The translations under genes were made by a program, and so were the position numbers. A stretch of DNA of 64,000 nucleotides from Octopus vulgaris (Eukaryota). The DNA is taken from the NCBI GenBank assembly GCA_951406725.2, contig OX597816.1, forward strand, positions 153,078,001 to 153,142,000, read 5' to 3'. Of the stretch, positions 14,954 to 26,380 are shown one piece after another. Below the pieces are notes generated by a model that ran no database searches, was not told the DNA's origin, and saw nothing but the letters and a program-made list of their open reading frames with translations. Numbering within the stretch: the first letter of the stretch is position 1; every line of letters begins with the position of its first letter.

Positions 14954-16296
14954 GGTAGGGGTCCACCAAGGATCAGTCCTCATCCCCCTCTTATTCATCA
15001 TAGGCAATAACGGAGGAATTCAAGACAGGATTCCCCTGGGAGCTCCTCTATGCTGATGACCTTGCTCTAATAGTTGAGTCACTATCAGAACTAGAGAAGT
15101 TTCAGGTGTGGAAGCAAAGTCTAGAATCAAAGGACCTTTGAGACAATCTAGCAAAAACCGAAGTTTTAATAAGTAGGAAGGCAGTCAAATAACAAATCCC
15201 TTCAGGTAGATGACCCTGCTCAATCTGTAGAGGAATCATAGGTAGAAACTCTATAAAATGTACCCAGTGTAAGCTATGGACACATAAGAGGTGCAGCAAT
15301 ATCAAAGGGAGGCTAACTGGGAAGATAGATTTTGTTTGTGGCAAATGCTCAGGGGCAATAAACACTGAAATGTGCAGAAAACAGCTTCCGTCACATTCCA
15401 GGGGGAAAAACTTCAAGTAGTTGATAGCTGACTAAGTCAGTAGCAGGGATGGATACTCTGAGAGTGTAACTACTAGAATAAGAATAGCCTGGGCAAAGTT
15501 CAAAAAGCTTCTACCTCTGCTGGTGACAAAGGGCTTCTTGCTCAGAGTAAAAGATAGACTGTATGATGCATGTGTGTGAACAACCATGCTACATGGCAGT
15601 AAAACATGGGCTGTGACTACTGAAGACATGTGTAAGCTTGCAAGGAATGAAGCTAGTATGCCTCGCTGGATGTGTAATGTCAGTGTACATACACGACAGA
15701 GTGTAAGCACTCTGAGAGAAGTTGCATATAAGAAGCATCAGACGTGGTGTGCAAGAGAGACGACTGTGCTGGTATGGTCATGTGCTGCATATGGATGAGG
15801 ACAGCTGTGTGAAAAAGTTTTACACCCTAGCAGTAGAGGGAAGCTGTGGAAGAGGCAGACCTAGGAAGACCTGGGATAATGTGGTGAAGTATGACCCTTG
15901 AATGTTTGTCCTCACAGAGGCGATGACAAGTGACTGAGACCTTTGGCAATATGCTGTGCTTGAGAAGACCCAACAAGGCAAGTGAAGTTGTTGTGATCGA
16001 TGACAGTACCACCTGATTGTCACTCATGCATGACTGGATCCTGTGCCAGTGACACATAAAAAGCACCATTGAAGTGTGGTCAATGTCAGTACTGCTGATT
16101 GGCCCTCATGTCAGTAGCATGTAAAAAGCACTCACTACACTCTTGGAGTGGTTGGCATTAAGAAGAGCATCCAGCTGTAGAAACTTTTCCAGATCAGATT
16201 GGAGCCTGGTGCAGCCTTCTGGCTTGCCAGCCCTCAGTCAAACCATCCAAACCATGCCAGCATGAAAAGCGGACATTAAACAATAATGATGATGAT

Positions 16297-16299
<3 letters not shown>
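14954..16299 (+). mobile_element. 5'-truncated RTE-clade LINE (RT end, PHD-like Cys cluster, 3'UTR, (GAT)n tail)
   Basis: VGVHQGSVL.PLLFII, PWELLYADDL, CSIC..SIKCTQCKLWTHKRC..FVCGKC, MLHGSKTW, RGRPRKTW. Confidence 0.88.
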
Positions 16300-16338
<39 letters not shown>

Positions 16339-17929
16339 AATATACACACACACACATATGGCAGGCTTCATTCAGGTTCTGTCTATCAAATTCATTCACA
16401 ATACTTTGGTTGGCTTGGTGCTAGTGTAGAAGACATTTGCCCAAAGTATTCCAAGCAACATGGTTGGGAAGTAAACTTAATAGAGTCATGTTTGTGCCTT
16501 ATAGCAATGAAAGAAAATAAACTTGGCAGTGTATGAGGAAATTAATTAAATGCATGTGTGTGTATGTGTGGGTAAAGGAGTTTAACTGAGTAAGAATTTT
16601 TAAAATACTTGTGAGTGTATGCAGTTGAGATGAGTGAAGAAAAAGGTTTCTGGAGTCAGAGTGAACACTAATGAGCAAATGAGAGCAAAGAAGAGTGTGT
16701 GTGTGTGTGCATACAGGTAGATGTGAGCCAAAAGTAAATATACATCTAAAAGTATGTTACATTGTTGTTGTTTAGTCTTAGGTCAACCCTGATCAAGCTC
16801 ATTTCCTGCCATAGTTATACTGCCTTTAATTCATGTATATAAAGGACATCACCAACAAATGTGTTCTTCCTCTATAAGATGTGAAGTTGGGATTTGAGGA
16901 TACAGTTGACTGAAATAACCTGAGTATTTGACTAAGACTTATCCTTATTGACCCCAGTGTGATGATAAGGTTAACTTTGGGGAGATTAGAAATCAGTCAT
17001 AAAAAATCATCATTCTTTCCTCATCTGATACATCCCTCCACCCTCCTTCACAAACTTATCCACACACTCTCCATGCCCCCCTCCTCCCACAACCACTCCA
17101 ATTTCTCTCACCATCACTTGCTAGTCACCTCTTCCCCATCCCAAATCATCTCCCCTCATACTCTTATGAAACATTTCTCTATCTCTCTTATATCTCCCAC
17201 ATCTGTTCCCTGTGGGTAGGTTCCAATGCATCTATATCTCTTACTCACTGATTCTCTATCATCTTTTCCTCTTTTCTTTTCCTACTGGGGTAGCCAAGTA
17301 TTTCCTCCATAATAAGACACCTATCTCAATCCCTTTGTTATATCTCGAGCAACTCACCTGGCACAAAGCCACTTTCCTCGGTACCACTCCCTCTCCCAGC
17401 CAAAAGGTTTTTGTCTTGCAAGTTACTTGGCAACCCTGCTCATGTTGGTGCCATGCAACAAGCACCAGTGGGCGCATAAAAAGCACCCAGTACATTCTGT
17501 AAAGTGGTTAATGTTAGGAAGGGCATCCAGCTGTAGAAACTATGCCAAAGCAGACAATAGAGCCCGGAGAAGCTCTCTGGCTTGCCAGCTACTGTCAAAC
17601 TCAAATGATAATGATGATATCTAAACTGGCTAAGGAATTTCATGGTTTTGATTGTACCAAAATTGAATTTCAGATACCTTCTAGAAATTCCAGCTGCTAA
17701 ATTGTTTTAGAAATTAACTAAATATATACTGTTATATGATATAATAATAATGAGGACAATATTTACACTAAAAGTTTTGTTACATAGGTACAATGGCTAT
17801 ATAATGTTAGAAGGGGATAATGATTATCAGTTAAATGGAATCTCAATATATTACTGGTACATCTATCATTCCTCCATAGATGAAACACAAAGTTGAACCT
17901 TCACAGGATCTGAACCCAGATATATAACA

Positions 17930-18390
17930 ACAATCCTTTCTCCTATAGTCACAAGGCCTGAAATTTGGAGGAGGGGGCTAGTCGATTACATGAAGCTCAG
18001 TGCATAACTGGTACTTATTTCATTGACCCCGAAAAGATGAAATGCAAAGTCAACCTCGGTGGAAATTGAACTCAGAACATAAGGATGGATGAAATGCTGC
18101 TAAGTATTTTGTCTGGCATGCTAATGATTTGACCAGCTTTGTCGCCTTACATGTATAATAATAATAATAACAACGGTTTCAAATTTTGGCACAAGGCCAG
18201 CAAATTAGGGGGAGGGGCTAAGTTGTTCACATCAACCCCATTGTTCAACTAGTAATTAATTTATCAGCCTCAAAAGGATGAAATGCAAGTTGACCATGGC
18301 AGAATTTGAACCCAGAACATAAGGATGGATGAAATGCTGCTAAACATTTTGCCTGGTGTGTTAATGATTCTGCCAGCTCAGCGCCTTACA
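17930..18390 (-). mobile_element. Two adjacent, CpG-decayed, complete copies of the tRNA SINE superfamily targeted by the Tx1 LINE
   Basis: Each has a tail, the gaccccgaaaagatgaaa core, a B box and a head; many CG to TG/CA changes relative to 49005-49238. Confidence 0.8.
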
Positions 18391-18409
18391 TATATAAAAG
18401 TAATAACAA

Positions 18410-19395
18410 TAATAAACTTATTGCATATGGTGCTCAGGTGCACCAAAACTCATCAGTAAAAGTAACCAAAAGTGCATGAACATACATTGAATAATGCACA
18501 GGGAGTCATTAAAGGATAAAAGAAAAGTGGGTTGGGCATCAGGTGTACTATTGGTGAATTTCAAGAAACATGGAAGTTTATGAATGTAGTGTTCTGAGAA
18601 CTAACAACTGATGCAGGTAGTTTATTCCATGATTCAGCAATTCTGAACACAAAAAAAGTGTTTCCAAAAGTCATGGGTGCTGTATGTTATTTTGATTTTG
18701 TAAGCATGTCCACAAGTGTTAGAATTCAAAATGGTGCCTAAGGTTTTTGTTGGAAAGATGGTAGATAATCTTGTGGGTGTCTACCAAGTTAGTTGCCAGA
18801 CATCAACAGTTCAAATATTCACCGTTGGGCATCTACCATACTTTGAACATCTTGCTTCCCTGGGCATGGACACATGAAAGCACCAGCATCTGGCAACTGA
18901 CTTGGTAGACACCCACAAGATTATCAACCATCTTTCCAACAACAATCTTAGGCATCTTTTTGAAAGTCATACATCTAACACTTATAGATCCACAAGATTA
19001 TCAACCATCTTTCCAACAACAATCTTAGGCATCTTTTTGAAAGTCATACATCTAACACTTATAGATATGTTTACAAAATAAAAAATCAATACAACACCCA
19101 TGACTTTTGGAAACATTTCTTCATGCTCAGAAATTGCTGAACCATAGAATAAACTACCTGCATCACCTGTTAGCTATTGAGACTCTACATCCTTCATATC
19201 TTCCATGCCTCCTGAAATTTGCCAACTACACCTGATGCCCCCCACCCACTCTCATTTCTTCTTCCTTTTTCTCTTTTTTAAAGACTTTTCCACTGTTCAC
19301 TTCCTGTGCATATTCTATGTACTGTTCATGCAGTTTCAGTTACTTTTTCTGATGAGCTGTAGTGCATCTAGTACTGTATACAATAAGTTCATTAT
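18410..19395. repeat. Long inverted repeat (arms about 18410-18801 and 18890-19395) formed by two CR1-like LINE 3' ends, containing a perfect 77-bp tandem duplication (18913-18989, 18990-19066)
   Basis: For example gatgcaggtagtttattc versus gaataaactacctgcatc, and cttgtgggtgtctaccaagt versus acttggtagacacccacaag. Confidence 0.85.
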
Positions 19396-19494
19396 ATATA
19401 AATACTCCAAGGTATTTTGTCTCACACTACTAATTCAATCATTTACTGCACAGGCAAAATTATGATGAGAAAAATATAAACTTTTATTAATTAC

Positions 19495-19683
19495 ATGTGT
19501 GGATGATAATTTACTGGACACAGCTTTTGGGGTTCTAACTGGGAGTTTGTCCTCATAAAGAGCAGCCACAGATGTCACTTGATTGTAATGGAACTTCACA
19601 TCTTTAGAATCATCAATAAGGGAATTTTCACTGACAATCTGAAGGATTTTCCTTGTGGAACATAGAAACTGTACCATGGCTTT
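19495..19683 (-). CDS. PARPBP: PARPBP-like exon (KAMVQFLCSTRKILQ...PVRTPKAVSSKLSSTH)
   Basis: Strong acceptor ttttctcattccag and an open frame. The weak donor CAT|gtaatt is the one giving the phase 0 required by the next exon, so the donor position is less certain. Confidence 0.7.
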
Positions 19684-20034
19684 CTGGAATGAGAAAATGA
19701 CATAGAAATAAAGATAAGATAGAGGGAGAAAATATGCATGAAACATCATGCTTAAAATGTGCATGCATACATGCATGCATGTGTGTGTATCTGCACACAC
19801 ACACACACACACACATGGCTGTGTGGAGAAGAAGTTTGTTTCCCGACCACATGGTTTTGGGTTCAGTTCCACAGCCTGAATGTGGCGGTACATTGCCTCA
19901 TACAGTCACCTGTAATTACTTTTCAGAAGCTCAGTGATAATGGAATAAACTATCAAAACACATATATGCATATATAAATACATAATTTAAACAATGGTGA
20001 ATGACATGTACAGCTAATTTAAGGAGAAACAGAC

Positions 20035-21260
20035 TGGGATCAACCCACATCTACCTGAAGGGATTTGTGATTTGACTGCCTTCTTACTTATTAAGACTTT
20101 AGTTTTGCTAGATTGACTCTAAGGCCTTTCAGTTCTAGACCTTGCTTCCACACCTGAAACTGATAGTGACTCAGCTATTAAAACAAGGTCATCAGCATAG
20201 AGAAGCTCCCAGGGGCATCTGTCTTGAATTCCTTTGTTATTGCCTGGAGGACTATGATGAATAAGAGTGGATTGAGGACTGATCCTTGGTGGACCCCTAC
20301 CCGGAATTCTTCACTATACTCATTGTTAACCCTCATCTTACTGACAGCATTCCTGTATGTAGCTTGTACAGTTTTCACTAACTACTCGTCTATCCCTAGT
20401 TTTCATATTGATCACCAGATAAGGGATCAGGGAACCCTGTCAAAGGCCTTTTCCATGTCAATGAAAGCCAAGTACAGAGGTTTATCTTTGGCTAGGTATT
20501 TCTCCTGCAGCTGTCTTACCAGAAATATAGCATCAGGGGTGTTTTTCTCCTGCACAAACCCAACTCTATCTTGTCTAAACTAACTGTCTCCCTAATTAGT
20601 TGGGCTATGATCCTCTCCATGACTTTCATTATGAACTTGATAACTCTGTAATTATTCATATCTAATGCATCACCTTTACATTTGTAGCAGTTGACTACGG
20701 TGCTGCTACACCAGTCATTGGGTAGGACTCTTTCATATATCACCTGATTGACTATATGGGTGACTATAGCTGATACCACCATATATTTTAAGCATCTCTG
20801 CAGTGATTCCTGATGGGCCGGGGTCTTTCACTGTCTTCATACTCTTAATTGCTTTATCTACCAAAGTACTGTCAATTCAGATAGCTGGTTTCTCTGTTGG
20901 GTCAACATTCAGCAGACTCTCTCCCAATCATTCTCTTCATTCAGCAACCTTTCATAGTGGCATCTCCAGGTCTCTCTCTTTGCAGCCTCATTAAATTCAA
21001 GTGAGCCATCATCCATGTGGACACATTTCTCTCCTATGACATCATGAATCTCTCTCACACATTGTCTTGCAACATGAAACACTTCAAGTCTTTGGTCCTC
21101 ACAACACAGAACATTGGCAAATTTTTTCTTATCTGCTTTTCCTCTGGCTAAGTAAACCTGTCTCCTAGCTTCCCTTCTGGCAATTTGATACAATTCCCTG
21201 CTACCACTGTTCTTCCAATCCTATGTCTGTTTCTTTTCCCTAATGGCCCTGTCAACTACA
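20035..21260 (-). mobile_element. Internal RT fragment of the same RTE family
   Basis: LPNDWCSS.VVNCYKCKGDAL..NNYR, KAFDRVP, GVHQGSVLNPLLFII, LLYADDL. Confidence 0.88.
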
Positions 21261-21306
21261 TATATTAAAAAGATTTTTAAATAAGAAAGTAGCTGTGTAA
21301 GCTTAC

Positions 21307-21606
21307 CTCAACTGGATGAATAGGTAAACCCAAAAGGATGAAGGACTTTTGAGTCATGCATGTTAAATGGGCATCCTTTGTATTAGAACATTTCTGGTAG
21401 AAATTGAAGATGTCATAAAAGTCAACATAGTTACAAGTGTTCAAAAATTGTTGGTATTTACTGAAAACATCCTCATCTGAGGATACAAGAGAGTCGGGAT
21501 TTTCACTCAGAAAGCCATCTTCAGCAAATGCAGCTAGTTTTCTTTGCTGCACATTCTGAAGTGCAGTTAATACATCACTAACTGGAACATCAAAGTCCCC
21601 AGTGGT
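21307..21606 (-). CDS. PARPBP: PARPBP-like exon (TTGDFDVPVSDVLTALQ...YQQFLNTCNYVDFYDIF...PIHPVE)
   Basis: ttttttcag acceptor and GAG|gtaagc donor; 300 nt, phase 0 to 0. Resembles human HSGEFTVSLSDVLLTW...YDDFLKNSNMLDLIDVY (recalled). Confidence 0.9.
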
Positions 21607-22405
21607 CTGAAAAAAATGTAATAATGAAAAAAAATACATGACAGACTTTAGTGATAATATTTATAATTTCTCTCAAGATTAAACAGTGACATGTAAAGCA
21701 TGATGTGAATTTTTACTTATTTTTTTAATCATTAATATTGTTCAGGCAGTTAGATTAGCAGAATCACTGGAGCATTGGACAGGAATGCATTGCAATATTT
21801 GTTCTGAGTTTAAATCCTGCAATGATCAGTTTTGTCTTTCCTTCCTTTACTGTGCTCAAAAAAATTGACTTGCCCCTGCTCTGTAAAACTGCTGGTCTGG
21901 TGCCTAAATTTGATGGCGGTGGATTGGCAGAGTCATTAGAGCTTTGTACTATTACTGTTTATTCCAGTTCTTTACATTCAGAGTTCAAGTTCAATGAATT
22001 AAAGTACCAGTCAAATACTAGGGTCAGTATAATTAGCTTTCCTCCAAAATTTCTAGTCTTGTCCATATGTAATAAATCATTATTATGGTATAAATTATTA
22101 CTAATGATAATTTATTTATCTACTAATGATTTGAGCACTTATCAAATTTCTGTATGAAATTGACTGATATTATCAGTTGCCATATTTATAAGCCTAAAAT
22201 ACTCTTGTTTTGACTGCTCTCCATTGATTTGATCACATCCTCTTCAACACTGAAGCAATGAGAGGCAAAGTTGATCATAGTGGTTTTTGAACAGAAAATA
22301 TTAACACTGAAATTTGGATACAGCAAATAATGATTAAAAAAATTACAAAATCTTCTAGCTCTAATTCATTTGCTTTTGTTCTTGTCCCTCAACAAGTTAC
22401 CTTAC

Positions 22406-22590
22406 CTGCATATTCATGTCAGCCAGGCACAGCTGCAAGGCACACAGCTCATCATCAGCATTAAGAACAGTCATCCATGCATTCTTTGCATTACCAAACA
22501 TTCGGTAAGTGTCCATTAAATAACTTGAGAGGGTTGTGGCAGCAGGAATATTTCCTTCAAGGCAGTGTTTGGCATCAATGATGACAAAAT
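22406..22590 (-). CDS. PARPBP: PARPBP-like exon (FVIIDAKHCLEG...WMTVLNADDELCALQLCLADMNMQ)
   Basis: cttttatcag acceptor and CAG|gtaagg donor; 185 nt, phase 1 to 0. TVLNADDELCALQLCLADMN resembles human PARPBP TTLCGADSMLLALQLSMAENN (recalled). Confidence 0.88.
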
Positions 22591-24229
22591 CTGATAAAAG
22601 ACAAAAAAAAAAAAAAAGAATAAAAAAGGTTTCTCTGCATTGCTTTTAAAACTCTTTACCTTTATTCTTTTCCTTGACATAGACATTATAATTACCTTCT
22701 CTATCTCCAGAGATAAAAAGACAACAAATAATATGCTTTAGCTTCAAAACTGAATAAGCCAAGTCCTATGATATATTGAATGGCCAAGTAGTTGTGCTTC
22801 AAAAGCAGTATTTCTTGATATTTAGTACAATAGTGTGATGAGATGCCATATTATGTATTCCATACATCTTCACACGTCTTTTTTCTGTGTATAGTATACC
22901 TATAAATTAATGTGTTTCAGGTTTATAGATCAGGCGAAAGCACTGCAAAGTTATTATGATAATTCTGTCCTCTGGCAAAACTCCTCCACCACTCTCCCTC
23001 ACATGCATAGCCACACACTTGCAATACCTTTACACATCTACCATACTCACCCCACCCACCCCGTCACTCCAATTCCTCTCACTATCACTTGCTATCTCTA
23101 AATATCTCCCTTTACACTCTCATGGAACATCTTTACCCTCTCTGTACTACATATTCTTCCCATGCCACTGTTCCCTGTGGGTGGGCCCCCTCTCTCTCTC
23201 TGTCTATCTTTCTCTCTAACTTGCTCCTACCTCCATCCCCTTCTTTGTCTTACTGGGGTAACCAAGTATCACCTCTGTAGTAAGATAGCTATCTCTGCCT
23301 CTCTATTAAACTATAACCTCTTGCCCAGCATGTGTGACCACTTCTACCAGATCCACTCCTTCTCCCAGTTGAGCGTTCTTGTTTTGCAAGCTATTTGGCA
23401 ACACTGCAGGTGCTGGTGTCACATAAAAAGCACCTGTGCTGCTTCCATGTAAAAGACACCTGTGCTGGCACCACATAAAAATCACTTGCAATGGCATCAT
23501 GTAAAAAGCACCCAGTAACTTTGAAAAGTGACTGATGTTAGGAAAGGCACCCAGCCATAGAAACCATGCCAAAACATAACAGGAACCTAGTGCAACTCTC
23601 TGGCTTACCAGCTCATGTCAAACAGTCCAATCCATGCCAGCATGGAAAATAGATGTTAAATAATGATGATGATGATGACCAGTCATAATAGATTAATAGA
23701 TTGTGGGTAAGAGAAAGACCTCATTGGTGCTTGCTGTGATTATCCTGTCTAACAGGAAGGATCTGACTCAAGAGACAAGAGTAGATGAATCCCAAAGGCA
23801 AAATCTTTAGCTAGGAGACTCTCATGCCAGACTTAGTCAAATGATTTGTTCATGTCATGTGTAACAACATTGTTTATGTTAAATTTCTCTTGAGTGAGAG
23901 ATCACAGGTAGGAAACATAGAGTAAGTTCCTGCCAGATCTGGCTCTATGGAGTTGAATATAAATGTAGAAGCTTTATTTGCTACAACAACTTATGCAAGA
24001 CTATCATTCATAAAACACCTTGATGCATTGCACAGCATACAAGTTCTCTTGCTGCCCAAAGGGGTAAGGAAATTCAGTAAAGTTGGCAGAATTCCTTTTG
24101 GGAAAGGACCAAATTGACCAGATGCAGTTTGGGAGACAGGAGAGCTTATAAGCTGTTCTATGCACATGACTTTGATATATATATGGTAATCTTGCACTGT
24201 TGAGTAAATAACAGTCAATCAGGAGAAGT

Positions 24230-24800
24230 GAATGAATGTTTCTAGGTGTTATGGGAAATATTTTCACTTGTACTGTTGCAGCCCAGCCATGTATGAAAAA
24301 CCTCATGGATTTGGGGTTACAAGCTTTGGTCTTTTGGGGAAGATATTAAGGAATAACATTAAAAGAACAGTTTTGTCTTCTGTTTAAATGAGAATCATAG
24401 TTACTACTTGGAAAAGTTAATGTAAAAGTGGAAAATTCTGACCACTTATCAAACTTGAAGTGCTTCCGAGTGCAGAAGACTGGGATGTTGCATACAATGT
24501 AGATGTGTGGTGAATAGCTGTGATTATGCAGTGATTGCATGATCTGAAGTTACAGAGATGATTATAGTATGGTAAAGTCTGGGTTATAAAGAAATAAAAC
24601 ATGTTTAGGTTATCTGTGTCTCAGTCAGGATTACCTGCAAATGAGAGATGACTAGTTGTTGCAGATAGTTCAGAATTGCAAAGAAATCAGTTCTTGCATC
24701 AGTACCATCTAAGAGAAGATTATGAGGGCTGAAAGAAATTGTGGACATTGAAATCACTAAGAATGGTGAATTCAAAGATAGATAAAGAAACCCTTGAAGC
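24230..24800 (-). mobile_element. Decayed APE endonuclease region of a CR1/L2-group LINE
   Basis: ORF 24605-24802 ends ..RTDFFAILNYLQQ..LQVILTETQI, resembling the endonuclease N-terminal motif. Confidence 0.45.
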
Positions 24801-25725
24801 ATAACAAAAGAGAGTCAAACAGTTGTCAGCAGTTTGGAACATGGTAGAAGCAACAGATGAATCCAAAAGAGTGAGGAGGAAAGACTTTGAACCTGAGTAA
24901 CTGGATGTTTTATTGCTGATTATCCAGGTGAGTGGTGGAGAGAGTGAATTCTAGATATGTGCAAACACATACATCTTTCTGAGTAAGGTTGGTATATAGG
25001 GAGTAACCTAGACAGCAAAGAGGGAGAGAGATTTGGGCATCAAAGAGGAATAGAATATGTGATTTGTGTCTTCCAAAACACAAATCACATATTCAATGGA
25101 GGAAAATTGGAGAGGGAAAGTAACATTATTTTGCATCTTTATCAGTCTCTTAATTGAAGAAAAAAGATCTTGAATTGTAGATCAAAACTGAATTTGTGGG
25201 TTCAATTTGCCCATAATTCACAATTACTGGGATTAAGGGATAATATTTTATGAGAATGATGTTTTTGATGATGGCTATGTTAGAAATAATTGCTTAGGAA
25301 GAGTGGCTTAGTGGACTGCATCGTTCTTGGTACTAGATTGGTTATTATATTTTATTGACCTCCAAAAAGACAAAAAGTAGTGCTGGCCCTAACAGGATTT
25401 GAACTCTGAATGTAAAGAGCCAGAAAAATACTGCAAAGTACTTTTCTGATTAAGTATTCTACCAATCAACTGTGAGGTAAGCATAATCATGCACACATGA
25501 GCCAATGAAGAAGTCTTTATGCAGAAGCTCGATTTGTTAGGAAAAACAGCCAGATCTTTAAATCATATTAAAAATAATGGATACATGGGATAATATAGTC
25601 CCTGTACAAAAAGACAAGATGGTTACATCAGGAAATCCTTTCATCATTGGTCTGCTCAATGAGTTTTTGCTGGATCAAATAACAACCATACACACATTGT
25701 TATGAAATGAAGTGTTGAAACTCAC

Positions 25726-25828
25726 CATTATTGCCATTAGAGGTGATATCTTTAACCAACTCAGTGAGTATAGATTCAATGTTTTCTATCTCCCAATCAG
25801 AGAATAGGTAGACTGTTGGTTCTGTCAT
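25726..25828 (-). CDS. PARPBP: PARPBP/PARI-like gene, first coding exon (MTEPTVYLFSDWEIENIESILTELVKDITSNGNN-D)
   Basis: Acceptor tttctctttgaacag|G directly before the ATG (25828-25826); donor G|gtgagt; ends in phase 1, matching the phase-1 start of the next exon. No homology recognised for this exon on its own. Confidence 0.7.
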
Positions 25829-26128
25829 CCTGTTCAAAGAGAAATAAATGTAAGTTAAAGTTCATAATTTAGAAACATGCCCCAAATCAGTATCAAATTC
25901 CATTTTCAGTTGTGCTCAGCAGAAAAGATCTGAACCTTCCTCTCAGGATATGGCACTGGTTTAATAGTTTAATTTCCCAGGAAAAGTAATCTATTATTTA
26001 CTCTCTATAAGATGAACATTAACTGAATTGATTTGGATCCTGTTCAGAGACACAGCAAAATAGCAAAGAGAGATTTTTTATGTAGTAACACAATTTACCA
26101 GGAATAACAGAAAAATTACACTCTAAAC

Positions 26129-26380
26129 CAGTGTTTCGCAACCATTTTTACCTATGGACCCCTTTAATTCCTATTTTACTCTATTGCATTCTTCGAGCCA
26201 TTCAATGTTTTAAAAAACCCATATAATTTTATAATTAAGTATTATTAGGAATTGTATTAAAAAATTGTTAAAATATTTTGTGTATTGTAAAAATATAACC
26301 AATTTATTGCAGAAAAATTTTAACAACAAAATCATATATGGACCTCCAAGGGCCACATGGACCCCAGTTGAGAACCACTG
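26129..26380. mobile_element. hAT (Charlie-like) MITE
   Basis: TIRs CAGTGTTTCGCAAC...GTTGAGAACCACTG; 8-bp TSD ctctaaac/ttctaaac. Confidence 0.85.
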
